DNA from: Octopus sinensis
Taxonomy: Eukaryota
NCBI RefSeq assembly: GCF_006345805.1
Contig: NC_043023.1
Span: 20,274,001 to 20,338,000 of the forward strand
Length of the DNA: 64,000 nucleotides
Direction of reading: 5' to 3'
This document shows positions 26,785 through 38,230 of this stretch, in pieces. Made by a program: the position numbers and the translations under genes. The notes beneath the pieces are model-generated. The model searched no databases. It was given only the letters and a program-made list of their open reading frames with translations, and was not told where the DNA came from. How positions within the stretch are numbered: position 1 is the first letter of the stretch; each line of letters begins with the position of its first letter.

Positions 26785-27116
26785 GCACTCCGTCGGTTGC
26801 GACGACGAGGGTTCCGGTTGATCCGAATCAACGGAACAGCCTGCTCGTGAAATTAACGTGTAAGTGGCCGAGCACTCCAGACACGTGCACCCTTAACGTA
26901 GTTCTCGGGGATATTCAGCATGAAACAGAGAGTGACAAGGCTGGCCCTTTAGTGAGAGGAAGTTGGGGGTGAAAGAGTACAGCAGGGATCACCACCATCC
27001 CTGCCGGAGCCTCGTGGAGCTTTTAGGTGTTTTCGCTCAATAAACACTCACAACGCCCGGTCTGGGAATCGAAACCGCGAGTCCGCTGCCCTAACCACTG
27101 GGCCATTGTGCCTCCA
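26785..27116 (-). mobile_element. Family C SINE with internal deletions
   Basis: Collinear with 57026-57412. Confidence 0.8.
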
Positions 27117-27468
27117 CTAATAAAGATAAACTGAAATTACAATAACATAAGACAGAACAGAAAACTTCATTGCATAGCAAGCCTCGAAATTGTCTTCATT
27201 CTGCAAACTGGGCAACCACAACATGTCCAAAACTCCTTCAAAGTAGGATCTCTGACTTTAATACGTTTGTTGTGAGTGCTTCAGCTACTTCGTGAAGGCC
27301 CCACGGAAGTCCTCCAAAGTGAAAGGGTCCAGAACCTTGCTCTCTGATGTTTCCAAGGTTCTGCTGTGGCCATCTCCTTCAATCTGGAATAACAAAAGTT
27401 GGCTTGTTAGGTTAAGACAGAACACAAAATTTATTCAGCCGTGACATGCAAAAAAAAAAAAGGAGATA

Positions 27469-27670
27469 GGGGCAGGAGTGGCTGTGTGGTAAGTAGCTTG
27501 CTAACCAACCACATGGTTCCGGGTTCAGTCCCACTGCGTGGCATCTTGGGCAAGTTCTCTATAAGCCTCGGGCCGACCAATGCCTTGTGAGTAGATTTGG
27601 TAGACGGAAACTGAAAGAAGCCCGTCGTATATATGTATATATATATATATATATGTAATGTATGTATGTA

Positions 27671-27721
<51 letters not shown>

Positions 27722-28036
27722 ATGTATGTGTATATGTATGTATATATATATATATATATGTATGTATGTGTATATGTATGTATATATATATATATGTATG
27801 TATGTATATATATATGGGTGTATGTTTGTGTGTGTGTGTTTGTCCCCCTAGCATTGCTTGACAACCGATGCTGGTGTGTTTACGTCCCCGTCACTTAGTG
27901 GTTCGGCAAAAAGAGGCCGATAGAATAAGTACTGGGCTTACAAAAGAATAAGTCCCAGGGTCGATTTGGTCGACTAAAGGCAGTGCTCCAGCATGGCCGC
28001 AGTCAAATGACTGAAACAAGTAAAAGAGTAAAGAGT
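27469..28036 (+). mobile_element. Family A SINE with an expanded internal microsatellite
   Basis: Head and tail intact; ~210-bp (TA)/(TG)/(TATG) insert. Confidence 0.85.
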
Positions 28037-28688
28037 ATGTTTAATGGTTTTGCTCTGATTAGCACAAAATTGTATTCCACATAAAAACCTTGCAAACCTC
28101 ACAGCCACATTCTGCAAACTCAGCAACCATGACAAGCAGTGTTTATAGCAAGATTTACAGCAAATTGCTGTTACAGCCGCCTTCTTCAATCTGGAACCAC
28201 AAAAGTTGGCAGGTCAGCTTTATTAAATGTACGATTATGAAATTCCAATAATTTAGGACGGTTAGAATGCAAAACTCCATTCTGTGGTGAGCTTCCAAAT
28301 TCTCTTCACATCCGGATTTCATTCTACAAACCAGTCAACTGTAACAAACTGTGTTTTGTAGGATGGGTTCAAAGTGCTGTAATAGCTGTCTCCTTTAACC
28401 CTTTCGTTACCAACCTGGCTGAAACCGGCTCTATAGCAGAAGACACTTGCCCAAGATGCCACGCGCTGGGACTGAACCCAGAACCATGTGGTTGGTAGAC
28501 AAGCTACTTACCACACAGCCACTCCTGCGCCTATAATTATTATAATTATTATTTTTATTTTTAAGCTGTATCTGCATTTATAGTTTGTTTTTGGTGTTTT
28601 TTGTTTTAATTTTTGCTTTCAAATGATTTCTTTTTGTCCTTCATCAGCCGAAATATCTAATTCTTCCTCTTTTTTCCATTCTTTCCAG

Positions 28689-30986
28689 GTAATGGAGGCC
28701 GGCAAGACGACCCTACCCAGGTGGTTGTATTTCGACGTCGAGACCCGTACCTTCTCTGGAGTCCCGAAACCAGCAGACATCGCCCAGTATTACATTGAGG
28801 TTGTGGCGCAGGCTGAGGACCAAGGGGCTGTCAGTCAGTTCGCCAAAGACGTCTTCTCGATTCATGTGACCAAAGAAAGCTCAAAACCCGCCACGGCAAT
28901 CAGTGGTTCATCGTCAAAGAAGAACGGCAAGGGTTCAAATTCTCCACCGGTCGTCCGATGCATGCCCCAGGAGCCAGAGACAGCATTTACGCTAATTGTT
29001 GATGCCGACCTTGATCAACTTCCTCCCCACGGCATTGTGGGACTGTTAAAGAAACTGGAGCACAATCTGGAGCTTGTGTCTGAGATGTTTAAGGTCGGTC
29101 CTGCCACCACTGGCAACAGGCCCATCCCTCCTGTCCGTGCAGTCGCCCCAGACACATCGTCCTCATCCACCCTTGTATCAGGGCCCGGTGACACAAAAAC
29201 CGCAAAACACCCCGGGGTGCTTGTCACGTGGCTGGTTGGTTGTGGCCGAGTGGAGCCGCAGCACATGAACGTTCTACAGAGGGTGGAATCAATTTCGGCA
29301 AATGGCACCTTGTCCGAGCTCCTCGGTCATGGAGTCGTTGGGTGGCATGTGACAAACAGACAAGTACCCCTGCCTGAGAAGAGGGTAAGGCGTGCAGCCA
29401 TCATGGCCACCCCGGCTGTCACTGACATTGCACCGACAGTCATGGCAACAAGGACCCGTGGTCACGAAGGAGATGGAGGCATGACCCACCGTGTGCCCAC
29501 CATGGAGTCGTCCCTCATACAACCGACACGCACCCACCCGCATTCGCACAAGACCCACCACCGACATACAGATGGAATGACCACTCTGCACCCGTCGACC
29601 ATGGGCCCGAAAGGCGGAAGCACCCTGAAGACGAAATCTCTGCCGGATGGAACGTTCACAATGACCGGAGGGGACGTTAGTATGACTGGAGTCGTGCCCC
29701 CAATCATTCCAACGAAACCCTCGACGGGGATGGCCACCAGCATGCCCGAATATTGCAGTCACGCAAGAAAGCTAAAACCACGAATAGCGCACAGGATTCC
29801 CGTACAGGAATTCGAGGCCGGGAAGCGGGCCTACTTCTCCGTGCCGTCTGATACGTTCATTGACTGCAAGGACCCCAGCGACCGCCTGAAGCTGGAATTT
29901 TTCCTTGACGATTACAAGCAAATCCCTCCCTACTTTTGGCTGCAGCCGGACCCGGCCAACGACAAGAGCATGATTGGGCTCCCAATGGAAAGCAACGTGG
30001 GCATCCACAACATGACGGTGGTGGCAGTAAACAGTGATGGGATGACCGACTATTTGGACTTCCTCGTGAAGGTCCTCAAGAACAAGAAGCTCAAAAGCAA
30101 CGAGGTGACCCACAAGATCAAGATGAAGTTCAGCATGGAGTACAAGAAGTTCATGTCCAACATCAACTCGAGGCTAGATCTCATCGACAAGATCGGCAAA
30201 TTGTACGGAGACGCAGACGCGAGCAGCGTCACGGTGCTCGAAATAACAGAGGGGTCCGTGGAGGTGTCGTGGACAAACAACACTCTCGTCGGCACAAAAT
30301 GCCCCGACGATGCCACCAAGGCCCTTTTTGAACGCCTGGTTGATGACAAAAAGCAGGTGAAACGTTCAGCAAGGAAAGCAATGAAACCTTTCAAGCTGCA
30401 GTCGGCCCAAATAATCCCGATGGGGGCTTGTGCTGGGGGCTATATCAACCCAATGCCAAGCACCACAATGGCAGCAGCAACCACACCAGAACTCAAGAAA
30501 CAACAGTCTGACGATGAGAATGATATTCTTATTTCGACCGTTGTCCCTGCGGTCATCATTGTGTCTATATTGCTTCTGGCCCTGCTCGTCGCTTGCATCC
30601 TTTACCGAAAGAAACGGAAAGGAAAGATGTCGCTCTCGTCTGCCGGCGAACACGACGCGTACAGCGGGAAGGGTGCCCCGGTGATCTTCGCCGAAGAGCT
30701 CGAGGACAAACCGACCGACTGCCAAAGGCCCCTGATCCTGGACGACGAAAAGCCACCACATCCCCCTCCTGAGTACCAGCACTCGTCCAGCGAGAGCACC
30801 CAGTCGACCCCGAACCAGGACCGAAGAAGAGGCGGGCATCGCAGCGATGGGGGAGTAAACGAACCCATACTCGGCTCGCAGCCGTATGAGCCACCACCTC
30901 CCGTCACCGCGTCGCAGGGCAAGAAGCAGCCGCGTCCCCACGTGCAACCCCCCTACAGATCACCTCCTCCATATGTGCCTCCATAA
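28689..30986 (+). CDS. DAG1: Dystroglycan, coding exon 2 (rest of alpha-DG and all of beta-DG)
   Basis: 765 codons plus TAA. Ig-like LPRWLYFD..FSGVP; furin site RVRR (29382-29393); Thr-rich mucin region; second Ig domain (VPSDTFID); alpha/beta cleavage G|SVEVSWTNNTL (30254/30255); TM helix ~30525-30605; RKKRKGK (30606-30626); PVIFAEELEDK; C-terminal PYRSPPPYVPP dystrophin WW-binding motif. Confidence 0.97.
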   Translation, partial: VMEAGKTTLPRWLYFDVETRTFSGVPKPADIAQYYIEVVAQAEDQGAVSQFAKDVFSIHVTKESSKPATAISGSSSKKNGKGSNSPPVVRCMPQEPETAFTLIVDADLDQLPPHGIVGLLKKLEHNLELVSEMFKVGPATTGNRPIPPVRAVAPDTSSSSTLVSGPGDTKTAKHPGVLVTWLVGCGRVEPQHMNVLQRVESISANGTLSELLGHGVVGWHVTNRQVPLPEKRVRRAAIMATPAVTDIAPTVMATRTRGHEGDGGMTHRVPTMESSLIQPTRTHPHSHKTHHRHTDGMTTLHPSTMGPKGGSTLKTKSLPDGTFTMTGGDVSMTGVVPPIIPTKPSTGMATSMPEYCSHARKLKPRIAHRIPVQEFEAGKRAYFSVPSDTFIDCKDPSDRLKLEFFLDDYKQIPPYFWLQPDPANDKSMIGLPMESNVGIHNMTVVAVNSDGMTDYLDFLVKVLKNKKLKSNEVTHKIKMKFSMEYKKFMSNINSRLDLIDKIGKLYGDADASSVTVLEITEGSVEVSWTNNTLVGTKCPDDATKALFERLVDDKKQVKRSARKAMKPFKLQSAQIIPMGACAGGYINPMPSTTMAAATTPELKKQQSDDENDILISTVVPAVIIVSILLLALLVACILYRKKRKGKMSLSSAGEHDAYSGKGAPVIFAEELEDKPTDCQRPLILDDEKPPHPPPEYQHSSSESTQSTPNQDRRRGGHRSDGGVNEPILGSQPYEPPPPVTASQGKKQPRPHVQPPYRSPPPYVPP

Positions 30987-30999
30987 GATCATTGCTGAA

Positions 31000-31128
31000 G
31001 TGTAATTATATATATAACTGTATGTATATATGTATGTATACTTATACATATATAACGTATGTGTGTGTGTGTATATATTATATACACTTGTGTTCTATTC
31101 AGTATATATTTATTTATATACATGAATA

Positions 31129-31167
<39 letters not shown>

Positions 31168-31308
31168 TTATATATATATCACAATATATTTATGTAATAT
31201 ATACACACACACCACATATACATATGTATATATGTATATACATACATATATCACACATTTGTAATATGCGTGTGTATACACGCATATTTACACACTAAAC
31301 ACGCATAC

Positions 31309-31359
<51 letters not shown>

Positions 31360-32173
31360 TTTATGTAAAACTCCACCACTGTTCAATCAACCAAAAATAC
31401 AAACTAATAAACTCAAAAGAAAGGCCCTTTGCCCTGTCCCCTGCTCCAGAGGCCCCTACCCATTGCTCTCCACCCCCTCTTTATAAAAACAACAACAACA
31501 ACAAAAAACATTGACAAAAATCAAAACAAAAAACTGAACAATAAAATTAACATTTTACAAATGTAACAGTTTATACAATTATACAAGATATACATGTGTA
31601 TATACACTCACACACATCTACATGTATGTATATATATCTTATGTGATGTATGTATATATATATACACACAAACACACATCTACATGTATGTATATATATC
31701 TATATATATATATATATATATCTTATGTGATGTATGTATATATATATATATACACACACACACACCTGTGTACATGACTATAAATGTGTGTTGTGTGTGT
31801 GTATAGAAGGATATTTGTATATACATGAGAACTTTTATGCGTAATATATACATGTGAATATATAGACATATGCAAATATATGTGTGAGCGTTTGTATGTA
31901 TATATATATGTATGTATGTATATATATATATATATATATATATGATATGCCTAATCATTTGATTAGAAAACTTACAGTTCAAAAACGGTAAAGAACTCAA
32001 TACAATTTTAAAGTGTCTACTGTCTGTATATATATATATGTATGTGCATATATATATACATATATTTATATACATATGTACATATATATATAGATATATA
32101 CTCATACACACATATATATACATATATGTACATATATATATATATATACACACACACATACACATGCATACGT

Positions 32174-32222
<49 letters not shown>

Positions 32223-32340
32223 TACTTGCATACAGACATCTCCATATATATGTGTGTGTATGCATGCATATATATATATATATATATATATATACCACAC
32301 ACGTGTGTATATATATATGTGTGTGTGTGTATGAATATAA
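31000..32340. repeat. Compound (TA)/(CA) microsatellite tract directly after the DAG1 stop (probable 3' UTR)
   Basis: Dinucleotide arrays. AATAAA hexamers occur near 31406 and 31540; their use is not established. Confidence 0.7.
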
Positions 32341-32859
32341 AACAAGAAGGTAAATATTTCAATTTTTTTTTTTAATAATAATTTTCAAAAAAAAAAACTT
32401 ACCAAAAAAAAGCTGCCAGCCGAGGGGGATGGGTGGGAGGGGGGGTTGAAAAGGATGCTTAGACAATTAACATAATGACGACGACGATGATGATGATGAT
32501 GATGATGACGACGATTACGCAGCTAGTAGTGATGCTGATGATGATCATGACGAGAGCGGTTGAAGCCTGCCGAACGTGTTTTAAGAAAACATCACAGGTG
32601 AGGGGGGGAGGGCTGACGACAACCCATCGTTATTTCTAATTTAAACTCAACCCCCACACCCCCTTCGCCAGCGGAGCCTCAAGCAAACTTAATACCACTT
32701 TTTCCTACTACTACTACTACTACTACTTATGCATTGTCTTTGATCTCTGTACCCCTAACCCCACCTCCCACCTTTTTTTTTTTTTTAATGTTTTTTTTAT
32801 TCTCTTTGTCGCTCTTGTGGCAAAAACAAAAACGGTTCAAAATCCCGCCATGCCCAACT

Positions 32860-33600
32860 CCACCTTTCATCCTTTCCGCTCCAATGAAATCACCTTGCTC
32901 TCTTCCCACCCAAATTTCAGGCCTTCTACCTATTAGTAGAAAAGATTATTGTTATTATTATTATTAAGGCAGTAAGCTGGCAGAGTGGTTAGCACACTTG
33001 GCAGTATTTCATCTGTCTTAACATTCTGAGTTCAAATTCCACTGAGGTTGACTTTTGCCTTTCATCTTTTTTTGGGGGGGGGGGAGTCAATGAATTAAGT
33101 ACCACTGCGTACTGGGAGTCGATCTAATTGACTGGCTCCAATTCCCCCAAAAATTTAGGGCCTTCTGCTTAGAGTTGAAAAGAATTGTTACCACCCCGTG
33201 CAAAATGCTTCATGGTATCTCTTCCCCCTTGAAGGCGGCGAGCTGGCAGAATCATTAGCATGCCAGGCGAAATGCTTTGTGGTATTTCGTCTGCCGCTGC
33301 ATTCTGAGTTCAAATTCCGCCGAGGTCGACTCTACCTCTCAACCTTTCGGGGTCGATAAATTAAGTACCAGTTACGCACTGGGGTGAATATAATCGACTT
33401 AATCCATACGTCTGTCCTTGTTTGTCCTTCTCTATGTTTGGCCCCTTTTGGGTAGTAAAGAAATAGGTATTTCTTCCTCCTCCTTTGAGTTCTGAGATGA
33501 AATTCTGCTGAGCTCGACTTTGCCCCTCCCCACTCCATATTTCAGGCCTTGTGCCTATTAGTAGAAAAGATTATTATTATTATTATTAAGGGTGTTGGAT
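32860..33600 (+). mobile_element. Cluster of family B SINEs and fragments
   Basis: B motifs at 32965, 33232 and ~33470, separated by (TTA)n. Confidence 0.7.
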
Positions 33601-34488
33601 TGGCAGACTCGTTAGTGTCGTGACAAATGCTCTCATTCTTTAAATTCTGGTTTCAAATCCTAGTGGGGTGCACTTTGCATTTGGGTCCCACCAAGGTTGA
33701 CCACACAAGTTAACAGTCCCATATTCAGGTGCTTGACAGGGTCGACTAACCCCCACCTGTTGGGCCAATAACAAACCATTGTTACTACCACCACAATCAG
33801 TATTACTACTCCCACTGCTACTCCGGTAATCTTCCTTAATAAACCGTAATGTCTGACCCTGGATTCTTCGTTGTTTGTAAAGGACTTGTTTTTGTATTGT
33901 TTAGTTTTTCTCTTAATTTTACAATTCAAATACTTTAAAAACTTCAAAATAGCATTTTCAGATTTCAGAAAATGGTATTTCTCAGCTTATTTCTAAAAAA
34001 GTATTTTGAGATTCTGAAAAATATAATTTAGATTTTAGCATTTTGTCCTACCCAGTGGAGTCACTTGTGCCTCTCTCTCCACCATGGCCTTAATATGGCG
34101 CAAGATGGGGTTGGTAGCATTAGGCAAAGAAACATTGTTAATTTTGCAAAATATAAAGATTTTGTAATCTAAAATGTTTCTAATTTTTAGAAATGCAATT
34201 TAAAATTTTGAAAAAAAGCATTTTTAAATTATATAAAAAAAATACATACTTTGTAATTTGAGAAAATTTTTTTTTAAATTAAAATTCATTTTCTTAAATT
34301 TTGGAGAAAACATTTTGAAGAAAAGAAAAGAATTTTTCTTTTAAAGAACAGCTTTTATAAATTTTCCTAAAAAATGTTTTGAAATTCGAAAAATTTGTAA
34401 AATTTATCAGAAATGAATTTTGCAAAAGTTTTCTGGATAATTTTTTGCATTTTAGAAGTGGCAGAAAACAGGAGTTTTCTTTGTTTTG

Positions 34489-34542
<54 letters not shown>

Positions 34543-34689
34543 AGTAGTTGAATGAATTATCTTATTAAGGATAATTCGAAAGATAACCGATACCTGGGTA
34601 GCAAATTCACATCAGAAAGAACACGGTTGAATCTACGTCCCTAGGGCATAGACTACCCTCTTCGTGCGGAAATTTGTATGTTTATTTTA

Positions 34690-34724
<35 letters not shown>

Positions 34725-35467
34725 GAATTAACTGAAAAATCCAAATATTTTTTCCGTATAATGTGTCATGGACATCAATTATGTCTTTGAGGCTGGAGAG
34801 ATGACGTGATAGCAGCGTTATTCAGCATTTTTGCTTAAAAAACAAAAAGCCATCAGATGGCGCTTGTCCAATATTTTCAATTGCCATTCTTTCTGGGAGT
34901 TTACTCTGGCAGGATTATTATTATTATTATTAAGGCGGTGAGCTGGCAGAACCGTTAGCTTGCCAGGAAATATGCTTAGCAGCATTTCGTCTGTCTGAGT
35001 TCAAATCCTGCCACGGCCAACTTTGCCTTTCGTCCTTTTGGAGGTCGATAAAACAAGTACCGGTTACCTACTGGGGTTGATATTATTGACTAGTCCCCTT
35101 GCCCACTAAAGGAACAAGCCTTGTTCCGTTAGTAGAAGGAATTAGTTTTTTCTTTGTGGTGGTGGTCTTTTGATACAGCAGACAGTAAGGATTGTGCATT
35201 GCTGCCCTCCCACTCCCTGGCCCCAGAGCGGAGGAATTTGCAGTGGGACGGGGGTCGGTCAGCTGGTTCGGTTTGCCTTCTCGATTGGTCTCTTGTTTCC
35301 TTCGCTGTGGTTGCCACCAGATTCCTGCCCTCTGTCTGAGGAGGCAGGAAAGGAGGCCCCGTGTCACAGCAACACCCCACCCCCCACCCATTCACCTACC
35401 CGTCCCACCGCCTCTCTCTTTACCCCCCTACAAAACTACCGGATGTCAAAGCCTATGTATATAAACA

Positions 35468-35772
35468 TAAATCTCACCAACAAATCCAGGAGTTCTTTTC
35501 TTATCTGAACGAGTTTTCTGAGCTGCCGTAACTTTGTATTCACCATTATTAGACTCATCCAACTCTTTCTCAATCCTCTGTGCTGACCACAGACTGACTC
35601 CCAAATGCCAAATTTCTGGCAGAGTGAATTGCGTCATGGTGCTGGTTTTCCTCGCAGACGGTGCCCAACTGACCCTACTACACTGTGTAGTCGACAGAAT
35701 CAAAAACTAACAGTGCACATGGTGCGAAATTAAAAATATAGAATGGCAACAATTTACCCATCGCACCCTGTA
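35468..35772 (-). mobile_element. Tc1/mariner left-end relic with internally deleted transposase start
   Basis: Minus strand begins TA-CAGGGTGCGATGGGTAAATTGTTGCCATT (TIR-like) and encodes MTQFTLPEIW..QRIEKELDESN..RSDKKRTPGFVGEI, a Tc1-like DNA-binding region. Confidence 0.55.
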
Positions 35773-35906
35773 TATATGTGTGTGTGTATATATATATATG
35801 TATATGTGTATATATGTATATGTGTATATATATGAATGTATATGTGTGTATATATATATGTATATGTGTGTGTATATATATATATGTATATGTGTATATA
35901 TATATA

Positions 35907-35937
<31 letters not shown>

Positions 35938-35982
35938 GTATATGTGTGTGTATATATATATATATATATAATTTACAAGATA

Positions 35983-36260
35983 AGGGCAGAAGAAATATTC
36001 TAATGCCAAATATGCCGAAACAAAAGAAAATTTGTCGATAACCATTAAATTTATGCGTCTCGAAACAAACCGATAGAAGAAATTCGTTATTACCGTATTG
36101 GTCCAATTTCGGGGTTAATTCATAAGAAAATTTTCCCCTCTTCAGCGGCAAATGCGTGAGATATAAATGAATTTATATAAATTCGCATAAATTTAATGGT
36201 TATCGACAAATTTTTTTTTTTGTTTTCGGCATATTTGGCATTAGAATTTTTCTTCTGCCT
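35983..36260. mobile_element. MITE/foldback element with ~78-bp terminal inverted repeats, TA-flanked
   Basis: 35980-36057 is the near-exact reverse complement of 36184-36263; ~125-bp spacer; TA at 35981-35982 and 36261-36262. Confidence 0.8.
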
Positions 36261-36345
36261 TATGCATAAATTTTACCTTTAAAGGCATTTTTTGATATGC
36301 TGGCCATTGATAAAATTATTTTCCCGAAAAAAATTTTATCCTATA

Positions 36346-36385
<40 letters not shown>

Positions 36386-36893
36386 TCGCACACATGTGTA
36401 TATTGTACATGTTTATATATATACACACGTGTATATACGTGCATGTTTGCATATATATACATGTATGTATTGCAATAATCATCATCATCGTTATTGTCAT
36501 TACTGCTATTATAATTATTAATTACTATTATTATGATCTGAATTGAACGGCGTATTAACAGTTACCAATATTACAATTATCAATATTATAATTATGAATA
36601 TTATTATTATTATTATGCTTTTTTTTTTTAAGATTTAATTTTAATAAAAAAATTAAAGTATTGACTTTGTTTTCATTTATTTTATATTTGTGTATGTATG
36701 TATATAAATATGTCTAAATGTTGATAGATAAGTGTGTTTGTGTGTATATATATATATACGTGTGTATATCTCTATATGTGTGTATGTGTCTGTCTGTATG
36801 TATGTATGTGTGTGTATGTATATGTATTTATGTATATGTATTTATGTGTATGTATATATGTGTATGTATATGTGTGTATATATATATGTATGT

Positions 36894-37291
36894 CTTTTAC
36901 TCTTTTACTTGTTTCAGTCATTTGAGTGCGGCGATCCTGGAGCACTGCCTTTAGTCGAGCATATTGACCCCGGGGCTTATTCTTTTTGTAAGCCCAGTAC
37001 TTATTCTATCAGTCTCTTTTTGCCGAACCGCTAAGTGACGGGGACGTAAACACACCAGCATTGGTTGTCAAGCAATGCTAGGGGGACAAACACAGACACA
37101 TAAACACATACACATATATATATATATACGACAGGCTTCTGTCAGTTTCTGTCTACCAAATCCACTCACAAAGCATTGGTTGGCCCGAGGCTATAGCAGA
37201 AGACACTTGCCCAAGATGCCACGCAGTGGGACTGAACCCAGAACCATGTGGTTTGTAAGCAAGCTACTTACCACACAGCCACTCCTGCGCC
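36894..37291 (-). mobile_element. Family A SINE, full length
   Basis: Collinear with other A copies. Confidence 0.85.
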
Positions 37292-37569
37292 TTCTACGTA
37301 TTTTTGTATTCTTATTCGTGTAACATCGTCCGTTTTCCTGTCCTTGTTTTGTATACATTCGAGGCTTTCTTCCATGGAATTTAATGCGCTTGGCTTAGAT
37401 TTTCCTTTGGGGCTGGCCAGATCGGAGCAATCTCAAGATTAATCAGCCGAAATTGCGAGGATGATCTGGTTCTTGACTGAAGATTGAAGGCTTCGAATGT
37501 CCCGTCCGTGTTTGTTGTATCGTCTTCTAAATGTTTTACGTTCTTGTCTCAGTTTCTATTTTTTTACAT

Positions 37570-37708
37570 ATATATGTCTGTATATATGTGTGTGTGTGTA
37601 TTATGTATGTATGTATGTATGTATATATGTGTGTATATATAGATATGTATATATATATATATATGTATCTGTATACATATATATATGTATCTGTATACAT
37701 ATATATGT

Positions 37709-37748
<40 letters not shown>

Positions 37749-38230
37749 GTATATATGTATATATATGTGTATATATATATGTTGTATATATATGTATGTA
37801 TATATGTTATATGTATATATATGTAGTATATATATGTATATATATATATTTATATATTATGTATAATATATATATATTATGTTATATATATGTATGTATA
37901 TATATATATGTATGTATATATATATATGTATGTATATATATATATGTATGATATATTATATATATGTTGTGTATATATATATGTATGTGTATATAATATG
38001 TGTATATGTATATATATATGTGTGTGAGTATATGTATATATATTGTGTGTATGATATAGATATATATATATATATATGTGTGTATGTATATATATATATA
38101 TATATATGTGTGTAGGTATATAGATATATATATATATGTGTGTGTATTTATATAATATATATTATATATGTGTGTATTATATATATATTATAATATTGTA
38201 TGTATATATATATATATGTGTATATATATG
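37570..38230. repeat. Degenerate (TA)/(TG) microsatellite
   Basis: Directly visible. Confidence 0.9.

Larger units (their letters stand above)
26590..28400 (-). repeat. Old, diverged local repeat, about four units (26590-26755, 27165-27410, 28100-28240, 28285-28398), interleaved with SINEs
   Basis: Shared blocks ttcattctgcaaact, agcaagcttccaaattgtcttca and ttcaatctggaataacaaaa.ttggc. Confidence 0.7.
6297..28688 (+). other. DAG1: DAG1 intron, 22,392 bp, GT..AG, phase 0
   Basis: Donor GTAGGT at 6297; acceptor ttccattctttccAG ending 28688. The join gives ...KSFK|VMEAGKTTLPRWL in frame. Confidence 0.88.

Noticed and set aside
28623-28688. Start of the 787-aa ORF as an independent gene start
   Set aside because: This stretch is the polypyrimidine tract and acceptor; no signal peptide; the real N-terminus is in the upstream exon.
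29015-30947. Antisense ORFs over DAG1 exon 2 (and over the IQSEC exon, 61724-63846)
   Set aside because: Shadow ORFs of GC-rich coding sequence with no recognisable domains.
33660-33947. Minus-strand ORF with a TM-like stretch ITGVAVGVVILIVVVVTMVCYW
   Set aside because: The hydrophobic run comes from degenerate (GTA/GTG)n, the 3' part overlaps SINE B-like sequence, and there is no clear acceptor.
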